The position numbers were made by a program, and so were the translations under genes. 64,000 nt of DNA from the human T2T-CHM13v2.0 reference genome, Homo sapiens. The notes below the pieces were generated by a model. That model saw nothing but the letters and a program-made list of their open reading frames with translations. It searched no databases and was not told the origin of the DNA. The DNA lies in the NCBI RefSeq assembly GCF_009914755.1, contig NC_060931.1; one strand, given 5' to 3'. Below, piece by piece: positions 20,862-38,215 of this stretch; position 1 is the first letter of the stretch, and each line of letters begins with the position of its first letter.

Positions 20862-21147
20862 TTTTTTAGACAGAAGTTCTCACTCTGTTGCCCAGGCCGG
20901 AGTGCAGTGGAGTGATCACAGCTCACTACAGCCTCTACATCCTAGGCTCAAGCAATCCTCCCACCTCAGCCTTCTGAGTAGCTAGGACTACAGATGCATA
21001 CCACAATGCTCAGCTAACTGGTTTTATTTTTTGTAGAGACAAAATCTCACGGTGTTTCCCAGGTTGGTCTCAAACTCCTGGCCTCAAGGGATCCTCCCAC
21101 CTCAGTCTCCCACTGAGGATTACAGGGATGAGCCACTGTGCCCAGCC
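20862..21147 (-). mobile_element. AluJ-like
   Basis: Reverse-complement dimer. Confidence 0.92.
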
Positions 21148-21774
21148 AAGTCCAGTTATTGAATAATTTTTTATTAAGAGCCTACCATGACCAGGGCAGT
21201 GCCAGGCACTAAAGATACCATGATAAACAAGACAGACATGCCCTCTACTCTGACAGCTTAAAATCCACTAATAATTCTATTTCAGTGGAGACACCAGCAA
21301 TCTAGAAAATGCTCAGGGGAAGGCAGATGGGAACAAGGTCAAGAAACCATATGACGAGATTAGCAAAAATACTGGTAATTTCTGCCACTGGGTGATGGGT
21401 ATGGGTGGATGGGGTCATTACAGAATTCTTTCTATTTTGAGGTGTTTTTGGAAACTTATGTAAGTCTTGTGGAGTTGTCATGCTGAAATGAGGTAAGCAT
21501 GATGAACGTTGCCCAAAAGGATAATGATACCCCTTAAATTTTTAGCACTTTCCAAACCAATGTAGTCACAACCAGTGCTAACAGGAGTGGTATGAAGTAG
21601 GCAGGGGAGGTAATAACTATGCTCATCTTATGAATGAGGAAAAGACTAGATTAGACTCATAAAGGCTTGGAGTTAGAAGGGACTTAAGAAGCCTGCTGTC
21701 AGTTTTCCATCCTAATGTTTAACTTGACAATGATCCCATCCAGTACAGCACATTACATCAAAAGTTATAGAGAG

Positions 21775-22135
<361 letters not shown>

Positions 22136-22277
22136 TTAAAATCTGAAAATGATCTAGGCATCTTTAAAAAGCAGAGTCTCTGGCCCTACCAGTATGGAGC
22201 AAAAGGTAGAAGCTTCTCCCATTAGGAATGACTTGGAGAGATGTTTGCTGTAAATGGGATTAAAAAGCATCAAAGGA

Positions 22278-22594
22278 GGCCAGGTGCAGTGGCTCACACC
22301 TGTAATCCCAATGCTTTGGGAGGCCTAGGCAGGAGGATCACCTGAGCCCAGGAGTTTGAGACCAGCCTGAGCAATTTAGTGAAACCAAGTCTCAAAAAAA
22401 ATAAAAATAAAAATTAGTAATAATAATTAGATGGGCTCAGTGGCGCATGCCTGTGGTCCTAGCTACTTGGGAGGCAGAAGCAGGAGGATCGCTTGAGATC
22501 AGGAGTTGGAGGCTTCAGTGAGCTATGATCGCACCACTACACTTCAGCCTGAGTGACAGAGCAAGACCCAGTCTCAAGAAACAAACAAAAACAA
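22278..22594 (+). mobile_element. AluJ-like flanked by a ~34-bp duplication
   Basis: Flanks 22244-22277 and 22607-22640 are near-identical. Confidence 0.92.
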
Positions 22595-22635
22595 CTTAGA
22601 AAAAGTTTTGCTGTAGTTGGGATTAAAAAGCATCA

Positions 22636-22947
<312 letters not shown>

Positions 22948-24231
22948 TCAAAGGTGTCATCCAACTATTGAGATTTCAAAAGGCTTCTTTGTATTTTTTT
23001 TTTTTATGGATTCCCTCCTGGGATAGGCAGGGGTAGGGGGGACCATCCAGACAGGACTTTGGTCCCCTCTTGTAACGATAGAAGAAAGAACATTGAAATA
23101 ACAACAGCTCCCTTTTATTGAGCAGGGCGCTCTGCCTTGCATTTGCTGAGGGCGTCTATGCCTTATCTCACCTAACCTTCCCATGGAGCTAGTAGGTGGG
23201 TACCCACATGATCCCAAAACTGCGGCACAGAGAAATCAGGTGACTTATCCAGCCGACAAAAGGATCTCCAGAGTAACCTTCAGTTTCCTGCTCCCCAAGT
23301 TTTCCCTGTTTTCCTTGTTTTGAATTCTCTAGCACCCAGGGAGGCCGGCCAGAGACTGACAAGGGCACTTAGGGAGTGGAAATGAAAAACAAAGGCACCT
23401 GCAGAGCCAATTAGTGAGTCGAAATTCAACTCCCAAACCTGAGGGTTGGTTCCTTGAGCTAAAGCAGAGAGCTTTGATCACAGTTACTAACTCGTGAACA
23501 GCACGGACTGACCTCGGTTCCCTGCGGGGAAAGGTAAACATTCTTGTGGAAATGCAAACACATCACTAATGGTCTAAAATGGCCCTTAATGGAGGCATAA
23601 TTTCTTTTGGAAACAAGCCCCCCATCAAGGTAAAGGCGATGGTATTGTTGTTACCCCCTGTGGGGATGATCTTTCCAATTCCAGCCAGCAGTCTTTCTCT
23701 GGTAGTGACGGCACCCGCAGGGCAGGTGAAGAATGAAATACTAATTTCCTAACCCCCAAATCTGCCTTGATCTGCTTGAAAAGTCAGCACCTCTTCTACT
23801 TGGGAGGTGAGTGCCACTCAGTATAGTTCTCCTCTGAAAAGGAAGTGGATAGGTGAGGTTGAGAAGGTATAATTACAGGTGGATCCCGGAACATCTCAGA
23901 CTGTGATACCAGGCGAGGCTTTCTCTGCCAAGTGCACCCATGAAAGAAACTTCCCCGCCACCATTATCAAAACAGCTGTCAGGAAAGCGCCCCTGTTATT
24001 AAATGTCGCTCTGCACGTCTGCATGGGAGGCGTAATCACAGGTGGCCGACCTGGAGGGGAAGCTCTTCAAGGGGAGGAAAGAAAGAAAACACAAGAATGC
24101 ATGGACTAAAAACACATAAATGAAGTGTAAAAATTCAATTAGAGCTCTAGGAACAGTGAGATGAAGTGGAAAAGTGGGGAACGGGGAAGACTCTCTGAAG
24201 GTTTCTTTAGCTCTTTGGTGAATAGATCTGT

Positions 24232-24625
<394 letters not shown>

Positions 24626-25049
24626 TAGAAAGGTGACAAACAGGAGAACGTGCAGTCCCGGCATGGCCATGTCTGTCTGGCCCACCCACCGCTTCCTTCA
24701 ATGAAATAATGGGGTCTTGGATCAATAAACTAGAAACATATTGGTGGCGTGTCTGACCTGGCCTTTGTCAAGTCATGAAAAACACAAATGACTATCAAAG
24801 ACCGCTCACCAGGAATAGCTGAGTGAGAGGAAAGGGTAGGTCGGCCTCCCAAGATTCAGGCATGGGGAAACTAAGTAGGATTTGTTATCCCCAGAGTCAT
24901 CCCCATGATGGGCCAGTGAACTAAAGATAATCTCTAGGTGTGCCAGTGCCAGTCACCAATTAATAAAATTGTCTTTGAGCTGTGGCTAGCAAACCCAGGT
25001 GCACATTAGAATTACTGGAGGGAGGGGGTGGTTTAAACAGAATTCAATG

Positions 25050-25207
25050 GGCTGGGCATGGTGGCTCTTGCCTGTAACCCCCATGCTTTAGGAGGCCAAG
25101 GCAGGAGGATTGCTTGAGGCCAGGAGTTCAAGACCAGCCTGAGCAATAAAACAAGACCCTGTCTTTACAAACAACAGCAACAGCCACCAAAAAAAAAAAA
25201 AAAAAGA
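25050..25207 (+). mobile_element. Alu left monomer (FLAM-like)
   Basis: Single monomer plus A tail. Confidence 0.85.
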
Positions 25208-25304
25208 AGCACACAACCCACAGTTCAATGCTAGGTCTCATTCAAGGACAGTTAATGTAGAATTTCTGGGAGTAGGGGTGGGGGTACTCAAGCAGCCCCT
25301 TGTC

Positions 25305-25614
25305 TTTTTTTTTTTTCTTTTTAAGAGACAGGGTCTTGCTCTGTCATCCAGTCTGGAGTGCAGTGATACAAGCATAGCTCGCTGCAGCCTTCAGCCCCTG
25401 GGCTCAAGTGATCTTCTACCTTAGCCTCCTGCATAGCTGGGACTACAGGTGTGTACCACCATACCTTACCTGCCTAATTTTTAAAATTTTTTTGTAGAGA
25501 CAGAGTCTTGCTATGTTACCCAGGCTGGTCTCAAACTCCTGGGCTTAAGTGATCCTCTTGCCTCAGCCTCCAAAAGCACTGGAATTACAGGCATGAGCTG
25601 TCTCTCCTGCCGCC
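25305..25614 (-). mobile_element. AluJ-like
   Basis: Reverse-complement dimer. Confidence 0.92.
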
Positions 25615-26509
25615 CATGACTTTTAAAGCTCCCCAAGATGATTCTAATGTCCAGCCATGATGGAATTACCAATCTGGAAGGAAGCAGGGCTTGTACCCTA
25701 TCTCCCGGGAATACCCACCCATACTAATCTAAATCCTCCCAACCTCGAAGGCACAGTTCACATGTCATCCCTGAAAAAAAACCATCACTGAGCCCTTAGA
25801 GGGTGCAAGATAATGAGCTACACGCTCTCGTGGACACAAATAAGAACAAGACAGTCTCTGCCCAGACAGTTTATAAATGCAGGGAGGGAGAAAGCAAGTG
25901 TCTCGTACAGAGGGAGAGCTCAATAAATATTTATGAAATAAAAGAATGAATGAATAAATAAGCGAATGACTTTACAATAATAACACAGCAAATTAAATAC
26001 ATGAAAACAGAAGCAAGTTATTATGCACAGAGGAAGGGATGATCGATGGGGTGGGGGCTGGGGGGGACTATAAAGGTGGTAGCATTTGAATTGGGCATTG
26101 AAGGATGCGTAGTAATAACATGTAGCATTTGTTCGGAGCTTTGAATTTGACAAGGGTTTTACATGCATTAACCCATTTAGTGCCTTTCTATAGTGCTTGA
26201 GGTCGGCAATGGTTAGTATATAGCCCCTACTTTAGAAGTGAGGAAAGGTCAAATGAGTTAACCAAGGTCATGTAGCTGGTGAGGAAGGGAGCCCGGGTCT
26301 CAAGTGTGGAATCCATCGCCTCTCCATAACGCTGCTGTGGACTCGGGACATTCCATTGGGAAAAGGACATTACAGGCCAGGAAAACAGCATAAGAGAGAC
26401 ACGGATGTGTCGTTTTGAGCATGTGGTTTATACATGGAAGGGTGATTTTTTTTTTTTTAAAGGAACCTTTCTTTTAGGAAGATGATTGTGAATGCAAGAA
26501 GGGCTGGCT

Positions 26510-26838
26510 GGCATAAAAATGAATGAAACCATGTCCTTTGCAGCAACATGGATGGAGCTGGAGGCCATTATCCTAAGTGAACTAACTCAGAAACAGAAAG
26601 CTGTTCTCACTTATAAGTGGGAGGCGAACATTTGGTACACATGGACAGAAAGATGGAAAATTATTATAGACACTGGTGATTCCCAAAGTGGCCAGGGAGG
26701 GAGAGGTTGAAAAACTACCTATTGGTGTGTACAGTGTTCAATATTTAGGTGACACGTTTACTAGAAGCCTAATCCTTAACATTATGCAATATTTCCATGT
26801 AACAAACATGCAGATGTACCCCCTGAATCTAAAATTTT
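26510..26838 (+). mobile_element. L1 (L1PB/L1MA) 3' end
   Basis: Encodes MSFAATWMELEAIILSELTQKQK (L1 ORF2 C-terminus), then 3' UTR ...tacccc...gaatctaaaat. Confidence 0.9.
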
Positions 26839-26851
26839 TTGTAAAAGAAGG

Positions 26852-27141
26852 GGCCAGGTGCAGTGGCTCATGCCTGTAATCCCAGCACTTTGAGAGGCCG
26901 AGGCAAGAGGAGGCCTTGAAGCCAGGAGTTTGAGATCAGTGTGGGCAACATAGCAAGATCCTGTCTCTACAAAAAAATACATAAAAATCAGCAGGTGTGG
27001 TGGCATGCACCTGTCATCCTAGCTACTCAGGAGGCTGAGGTGAGAAGATTGCTTGAGCCCAGGTTACGGTGAGCTATGATCGCACCACTTCACTCCAGCC
27101 TGGGTGACAAAGCAAGACCCTGTCTCTAGAAGAAAAAAAAA
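26852..27141 (+). mobile_element. AluJ-like
   Basis: Dimer with poly(A). Confidence 0.92.
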
Positions 27142-27840
27142 GACTGGCTGGGAGAGCTGAGACGTTGGTGAAAGTGTCCCCAGAGACCTCTGAACCCCCA
27201 AAATCATTGTTAATATTTCTCTTGAGACTCTTGTCACATCCTGCCAGGTATTCTTCTTGGATGAATTTGTCTCATCTCTCCTCCTATGTGATAAACTCCT
27301 TGGCCAGTCACTGGGCACATCTGTATTTAAATTTCTCTAAAACCCAGCCAAGGTGGATGTAGTTCTCGTGGATCCTGCAGCTTATACAATTTGAAAAGCC
27401 TTCTTTAAGAAAAATAATCTAAAATTATAAACACCAGATTCGGTACAAAGTGAATATTTATTTAGAATGAAGGAAGGGCATACTGCCAATTACAGACTTT
27501 AAAAATAGACAAATATAACAAAACCAGGAAAAGAACGGATATGTTTATTTCTTAACTACCTGACACTGCTTTGTAATACATTTTTAACCTCCGATTTTTT
27601 GGCCACATAAACCTTGATTGGCTTTTGAAATGATTTTTAAATTTGTAATATCATTTTTGCTAGCAAGCATGATTGACTAAAACCTAGTTTCGTATTATTG
27701 AAGGTTTGCAAATGTTTATTTGAGCATCATAACTAGTTAATAATGATGTTATGTTTAGAAAGTTATTTTTTTGATAGCTGTAAGATTTGGAGGCATTTCT
27801 TGCACAGGAACAAATCTCAAATACTCTTTGTCTTGATGAC

Positions 27841-29014
<1,174 letters not shown>

Positions 29015-29081
29015 ATGACCCTCATTTACCAATGTGTTATAGATGTTCTCATTGCAGTGGCGTTGTATCCTTCATGTTATC

Positions 29082-30106
<1,025 letters not shown>

Positions 30107-30269
30107 ATGACAGTTATCATGTATTAGGTTTATGAATTTAGCAAAAACATATGAGCATGCAAACACATTGCTGAGGCTCATCCAAAACCTTGGAAGAAAA
30201 ACCGAGGCAAGAAAGGAGTTTGAAGCTTCAGTTAGTTTCATCAGCTTCAAAGTAGATTCCGCCCCCCCC

Positions 30270-30566
<297 letters not shown>

Positions 30567-30854
30567 TAGATCCACCTTTGAACACATTCCATGCTTTTGA
30601 GAGAATAAGTGCTGAATGAATGAATGAATGAGTGAATGAATGCCTTTTTCTCATAATGTGGAAGCCTAGGCTGGGAGCTGAGATTACAGAACACGCCAAA
30701 CAAGGGACCTGCAGGAGCTCTCTCCCTGATACGCGTCCCAGGTTGGTGGGTCCAGCCCAGAATTAAGCACAGTATTCCAGGAGTGATCTGGCTCTGCAAA
30801 GTGGGTGGAGAACACCTGTTGCCTTGCTCATTCCAGACCATTTGCCTCTATTAA

Positions 30855-31233
<379 letters not shown>

Positions 31234-31748
31234 AACTACTCTTGACATGGATGCATACTGAGCCTGTAGTCAACTAAAACCTTTCAATGTTTCACACTTG
31301 CTACCCCAGTTCTCTCTCAGGCTGTAACTGAGCAATTTAAGGTGGAAATGCATGGTTCCATATTGATTCCAATTCAATTCCACATTTTTATGCTTAGCCC
31401 ACCACTCTGACCCCATGAGATGGGTTTCACTCTCTAGTGTGTCATCCAGCATGATGACTATGGCTACCCTTTCTAGAACATCCAAGTCACTGATTCCAAG
31501 ACATCGGATGTGGCTCTGAGTGGACCCCTGCGTCTCATCCCCCTGAACTTCCACTCTGGCCTGACATTAATTCATCCATCAATATATTTTTAGTCCAGAT
31601 GTTTAATCTATTTTGAATCCATGTGGTTGTAATGCCACACAACCCAAATTTCAAACTTAGAAAGATACCAAATGCCTTGGTAGAATCTATATATATTCCA
31701 TAATTCCACAATCCAACAGTACAGATATTCCATCAAAAAAATTAAATG

Positions 31749-32209
<461 letters not shown>

Positions 32210-32379
32210 TCAATGTTGAAGAAGGGGCCTGGTGGGAGGAGATTGGATCATGGGGGTGGATTTCCCTCTTGCTGTTCTCGTGAACTCCTGACCTCAAGTG
32301 ATCCACCCACCTCGACCTCCTAAAGTGCTGGGATTACAGGCGTGAGCCACCATGCCCCGCCAGGATTGCTTTCTTAGAG

Positions 32380-32742
32380 ACCATCTGTGAGAACCAGAGA
32401 TGTGGATCTACTCAGAATGTAGTAGGGGAAACCAATGGTCAAACCTCAGTAAGACAGTACAGTCATCAGGTCCGGAAAACTATTAATAGAAACAGGCTTG
32501 AAATCAAAGACTAAGACAGGGCACTGGTCAGTAAATCTGTCTGGATCAGAGAAGACTCAGAATGTTACCAAATTGAACTGGGGTCCCCTCACCCAGCGCA
32601 GTAAAGCTAAACATCCACACTGAGGTTTTGCAGCAGGAGAAAGGAGGGCATTTATTTTCAGGGCACCAAGCAAGGGGAATTGGGCAGCTCACACTTAAGA
32701 CCTGACCTCCCCGATGGCTTGTCAGCAAGGATTTTTAAAGGC
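32380..32742 (-). repeat. Inverted copy of 36737-37099
   Basis: 363 bp ungapped, ~17 mismatches by hand count; crosses the LTR/flank junction. Confidence 0.96.
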
Positions 32743-32865
32743 CAAGTTTTTAGACAAAGCTTCACTTCCTTACCCAATCACAAATCAGAGTCTTTGAATC
32801 CACCTCTGGCCTGCAAGCCTCTCCACTTCAAAATATCCTGCCTTTTTCAGCCAAACCAATGTATA
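32742..32865 (+). repeat. Direct copy of 36553-36676
   Basis: 124 bp, 2 mismatches by hand count. Confidence 0.96.
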
Positions 32866-34071
32866 GTGAGTGAGTGAACTCTCAGGAGATCTAGTTGTTT
32901 AGAAGTGTGTAGCACCTCCCCCTTCTCTCTCTCCCTCCTACTCTGGCCACGTGAAAGGTATGCCTGCTTCCCCTTCACCTTCCATTATGATTGTAAGTTT
33001 CCTGAGGCCTCCCCAGTCATTCTTCCTGCACAGCCTTTGGAACCATAAGCCAATTAAACCTCTTTTCTTTACCAATTACCCAGTCTCAGGTAGTTCTTTA
33101 TAGCAGTGTGAGAATGGACTAGTGCATCTCACCAGCTCATCTGACTCATGGCTCTCTCCAGGAAGAACTCTTTGCAATAGGTAAGAATATATCTTCCCAT
33201 GTCTTTTGAGGTCAACAATTCCAGAATGTATTCATATACAATTATTAATATCATAATAATACTTTGAGACTGTGCAGTTTACAAGGCTCTGTCTTGTATA
33301 ATCTCATTTAACAAAAAGCTGCCTAGGAAAAAATACAAGAATTCTACTTTATGAAAAAGTGTATTGAACTCTAATTACTAATGCCCTGTCCAGCCCCAGG
33401 ACATTTGACTCCAAAAGTCAGTGAAATTGTACTTACCAATTGAACATTCTGAAATCCAGGTAACATGATACCAGGATTCTAAAAGCCTTCATCTCCATAC
33501 CACAGTCTTCATTACAGCATGAAGAGAGTTCTACAAAATACTGATTTCCTAATTTCATGGGCAGCCTCTGTTAGGACTTAGAATGTATCTACACTGTCCT
33601 TTCCCAAAGACTTATAATTTGCATTCAAATAACGGTATCAGATTGGAGACAGGATGAGGTGTTAAATAGAGTCAAGGAAACCAAGTTCAGAAAGTGGACA
33701 AGTTGCACGTTTTACACCAGGGATAAAGCTCCTAAATCTTGAATTTGACTTTTTACTCACTACCTGGAGTTCAATGTAGACTATGATGAGAATAGATTAA
33801 ATAAATGTAGAGACCTGGAGAATGTGGACTTCTATGGAAGTTAAGAGCATAACCATTTCTGGCATGCTTCTCCTTCAAATGGGAAGAAAGCCAGATGGAG
33901 ACAGAAAGCCTGCAGTTGCAGTCAGAAGAGAGAAATTTAAATCCCCAGCTCTGTCACTTAGCAGTAGCCACCTTGGGTAAACCATTTAGTCCCTTTTGCT
34001 TGACATACATCCTTTCTGTAAAACAGGAATAATTCCCCCATTGCTGGGCTTTTCCTGAGATGTCCTAATCT

Positions 34072-34257
34072 ACTGGTTTTCAAACTTGGTCTCTGGACTG
34101 GCAGCATTGGCATCAACCTGGAACTTGGTTAGAAATGCAGATTCTCAGGCCCTTTCCCAATTCTATTGAATCAGAAACTCTGGAGATGCGGCCCAAGAAT
34201 CTGTGTTTCAGCAAGGTCTCCAGGGGATTCTGGTGTATGCTAACATTTGAGAACCCG
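34072..34257. mobile_element. MER5A
   Basis: agaaatgcagattctcaggccc...gaatcagaaactctgg...tttgagaacc. Confidence 0.85.
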
Positions 34258-34284
34258 ACTTCATATAATGCCAGAAAACATTTA

Positions 34285-35345
34285 TTTTATTTTATTTTAG
34301 ATTCAGGGGGTACATGTGCAGGTTTCTTCCATGGGAATTTTGCGTGATGCTGAAGTGGGTTTCTGTTGATCCAGTCACCCAAAGAGTGATTATAGTACCC
34401 AACAAGTAGTTTTTCAACCCCTTCCCCTCTCTTTCCCTCCCCTCTTTTGGAGTCTCCAGCATCCATCATTCCCATCTTTGTGTCCATGTGTACCCAATGA
34501 ATAGCTCCCACTTATAAATAAGAACAGGCAGCATTTGGTTTTCTGTTTCTGCATTAATTCCCTTAGGGTAATGGCCTTCAGCTGTATCTGTGTTGCTACA
34601 ACAGACATGATTTCATGCTTTTTTACGGCTGCATAGTATTCTATGGTTTAAATGTATCACATTTTCTTTATGCAATCCACTGTTGATGAGCACCTACATT
34701 GGTTCTAGGTCTTTGCTATTGTGAATATGGCTGTGAAGAACATACAGGTGCAGGTGTCTTTTGGTAGAATAATTTATTTTCCTTTAGGCTTATACCCAGT
34801 CATGGGATTGCTGGGTCAAAGGGTACTTCTACTTTTAGTCCTTTGAGTAATCTTCAAACTCCTTTCAATAGGGACTGAACTAATTTATATTCCCACTAAC
34901 AGTGTATAAGCATTTTTTTTTCTTCTATACAATCTTGCCAATATCTGGTGGGGTTTTTTGACTTTTTATTAATAGCCATTCTGACTGGTGTGAGGTGGTA
35001 TCTCATTGTGGTATTGACTTGCATTTCTCTAATGATTGATGATGACGAGCATTTTTTCATATTTGTTAGCCACTTGTATGTCTTCTTTTGAAAAGTGTCC
35101 GTTCATGTCCTTTGCCCGCTTTTTAATGGGGTTATCTGGGGTTTTTTTTCTTGTTGATTTGTTTAAGTTTCTTATAGAATCTGAATATTAGTACTTTGTC
35201 AGATATATACTTTGCAAATATTGTCTCCCATTCTGTCAGTTGTCTGTTTACTCTGTTGATAGTTTCTTGTGCTGTGCAGAAGCTCTTTAGTTTAATTAGG
35301 TCCCAGTTGTCAAGTTTTGTTTTTGTTGCATTTGCTTTTGAGGTC
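34285..35345 (-). mobile_element. 5'-truncated L1PB-type element
   Basis: ORF2 remnant ...[26 protein letters not shown]...; (TTTTA)n tail; TSD ag(a/t)aaacattta. Confidence 0.92.
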
Positions 35346-35809
35346 AGTAAACATTTACAGTCTGCAGATGAAATACTGGATCTCATCTGTGGTCACTTTG
35401 CCACTAGCACACAGCTTGTGCTCTCTGCCACTGGAAATATAAGACTCTCCAAAGTTAGACTCCTGTAGAATGGCCCACATTCAGAGGCTGCTATTACCAA
35501 GGGTACTGGTGGTTTACCTGGAAAGGCATGAGCAGGGTCACATGCAACCCTCTATCCAGGGAGGTGTGAAAGTAGCTGAATCAGCTCTGCGTGGTTTCAT
35601 TGTGCTGGGACCTTCTTCACCCCCACTAGCAATGTCACAAAGCAGAACACACGCCAATCAACTCCTTGTTCTATTGTATATGGGCCCTACAAAAGGAGTA
35701 TACACTGTGCTGGGTCCCCAGCAGCCTCATTTCAGATATAGGATATGTCTGTCTAAATACTTTCTGCCCCACCTCTGACCCTGTAAATCAAGGCAAAAAG
35801 TCAGGTATC

Positions 35810-36230
35810 AAGGGTGACCAACCATCCCAATTTGCCCAGGACTAAGAGATTTCCCAGGACATGGGTTTTTCAGTGCTAAAACCAGGGATGTCCCAGGCAA
35901 ATCAAAACAGTTGGCCAGGCCGGGCACGGTGGCTCATGCCTGTAATCACAGCACTTTGGGAGGTCAAAGCCCATGGATCACTGAAGGTCAGGAGTTCGAG
36001 TCCAGCCTGGCCAACATGGTAAAACCCTGTCTCTACTAAAAACACAAAAAATTAGCTGGGTGTGATGGTACAAGCCTGTAACCCCAACTACTCACAAGGC
36101 TGAGGCAGGAGAATTGCTTGAATCTGGGAGCCAGAGGTTGCAGTGAGCCAATATGGAATCACTTGCACTCCAGCCTGGGTGACAGAGTAACACCCTGTCA
36201 AAAAAAAAAAAAACCACTGACCACCTTACA
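35810..36230. mobile_element. MER94 (hAT-Blackjack) with AluS at 35918-36212
   Basis: agggtgaccaaccatccc...tttcagtgctaaaaccaggga... Confidence 0.75.
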
Positions 36231-36287
36231 GTGAGACAGCACACACTGCAGAAGGGCTTCTTGAGAGATATTTACCACACTCATCCC

Positions 36288-36916
36288 TGAGAAGGAGCAG
36301 GGAACCCTCTTAGAAGTCTGCTGAGCCCCACAAGGATGGAAATAAAGAAAAATCTTGAGTTCCTTTGTGAGCATCTTGGTAAGCAACAGGAAACCCGGGC
36401 CCCACCAAACAGATCTGCTGGTGTGTAGACCTCAGATAAGGGGGATCTGAGGACTGAACTTTTACTGCTATTCTTTGTTCTAAATTTCTTCCTGCAGAGC
36501 CTGGAGGAAGTCACAACCACAGGCCAGACCTTAACATTCCTTTCTGCTGACCCCAAGTTTTTAGACAAAGCTTTACTTCCTTACCCAATCACAAATCAGA
36601 GTCTTTGAATCCACCTCTGGCCTGCAAGCCTCTCCACTTCAAAATATCCTGCCTTTTTCGGCCAAACCAATGTATAACCTCCATATATTGGTTTACAATT
36701 TTGCCTGTAATTTCTACTTTCCTGAAATTTACCCCTGCCTTTAAAAATCCTTGCTGGCAAGCCATCGGGGAGGTCAGGTCTTAAGCGTGAGCTGCCCAAT
36801 TCTCCTTGCTTGGTGCCCGGCAAATAAATGCCCTCCTTTCTCCTGCTGCAAAACCTCGGTGTGGATGTTTGGCTTTACTGCATTGGGTGAGCGGACCCCA
36901 GTTAGATTTGGTAACA
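36288..36916 (+). mobile_element. MER39-like solo LTR with internal deletion; donor of the 32.4-32.9 kb insertion
   Basis: Ends ...ttggtaaca, aataaa near 36823; homologous to 29395-30106. Confidence 0.75.
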
Positions 36917-37096
36917 TCCTGAGTCTTCTCTGATCCAAACAGATTTACTGACCAGTGCCCTGTCTTAGTCTTTGATTTCAAGCCTGTTTCTATTAATAGT
37001 TTTCTGGACCTGATGACTGTACTGTCTTACTGATGTTTGACCATTGGTTTCCCCTACTACATTTTGAGTAGATCCACATCTCTGGTTCTCACAGAT

Positions 37097-37201
37097 GGTG
37101 CAATCACAGCTCACTGCAATCTCCAACCCCTCAACACAAGTGATCCTCTTGCCCCAGCCTCCCAAGTAGTTGAGGCTACAGGGGCATACCACCATGCCTA
37201 A
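37097..37201 (-). mobile_element. Alu right-arm fragment with an abrupt junction and no tail
   Basis: Begins mid-element at ggtgcaatcacagctcactgc. Confidence 0.8.
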
Positions 37202-37919
37202 GTCACATGTTTTGAGCCTACCCACTGTGCTCCACTTCTTAGCATTCTTAACCTATAAAACAACTTCACGTATGTTATCTCAAGAATGACCTCATGATAA
37301 ATCTGACACCAACCCTATGAAACAGGGAAAAAGGTACCATTGTCTTGTTCCTGATGAACTGATGGATGCCCAGAAGGAACAAGTGACTTATGACCCCAAC
37401 AGTTAAAACCGCCATTTAAACTGCTCATGATGTTGTAGGTCAGAAAGTCTTGGCTGACGGTGCATCTCTGCTGTCTGTGTCACCAGCTGGGCAGGCAAGG
37501 ACTGGAGCATCCACTTCCAAGAGAGCTTGCTCACTCTCATGTGTGGTGCCTCGGTACTCTTTGGCTTCTGTCAATCTACAGTTGCCACATCTTCCAGGCC
37601 CTCTCCACGTGGCTCAGATTTTTTACTACACAGAGACCTCATGGTGAACACACTTCTAAGGCAGATGGCTCCCAAGAACAGGAAGTGGAAGCTGCCAGGC
37701 CAGCAAAGAGCTATGCCTGAACTGACTCTGAGTCATTTTTTCTGTGCCCTCTTTATTAAAGTAGTCACAAGGCCTGCTTGGGGTCAAAGGGATGGACACT
37801 CTCCACTTCCTGATAAGGTAGAATAAAGTCAGGCTGAGGGATTATTCTGGTCACCTTTGCTCCATGTCAGGACCTTGATTTCCAAAATCCCATTTCCTAT
37901 TGCTTCCCAACAAATGACA

Positions 37920-38215
37920 CTTTTGTTTTTTTTTAGACTGAGATCTTGCTCTATCACCCAGACTGAATGGCATGGTGTCATCATAGCTCAACTGCAACCT
38001 TGACTTCCTGGGCTCAAGTGGTCCTCCAGTCTCACCGTCCTGAGTAGTTGGGACTACAGGTGCGTGCCACCACACATGGCTAATTTTTTTATGTGTTGTA
38101 GAGATGAGGTCTTGCTATGTTATCCAGGCTGGTCTTCAACTCCTGGCCTCAAGTAATCCTTCCACCTCGGCCTCCCAAAGTGCTGGAATTGCAGGCATGA
38201 GCCACCACACCCGAC
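37920..38215 (-). mobile_element. AluJ-like
   Basis: TSD-like atgacactt/ataacactt. Confidence 0.92.

Noticed and set aside
35132-35386. ORF resembling reverse-transcriptase protein C-terminal sequence
   Set aside because: Decayed L1 ORF2 fragment of a truncated L1PB element, not a gene.
35346-35780. Unique stretch with a 102-aa ORF as a possible processed pseudogene
   Set aside because: No recognisable protein, poly(A) tail or TSD.
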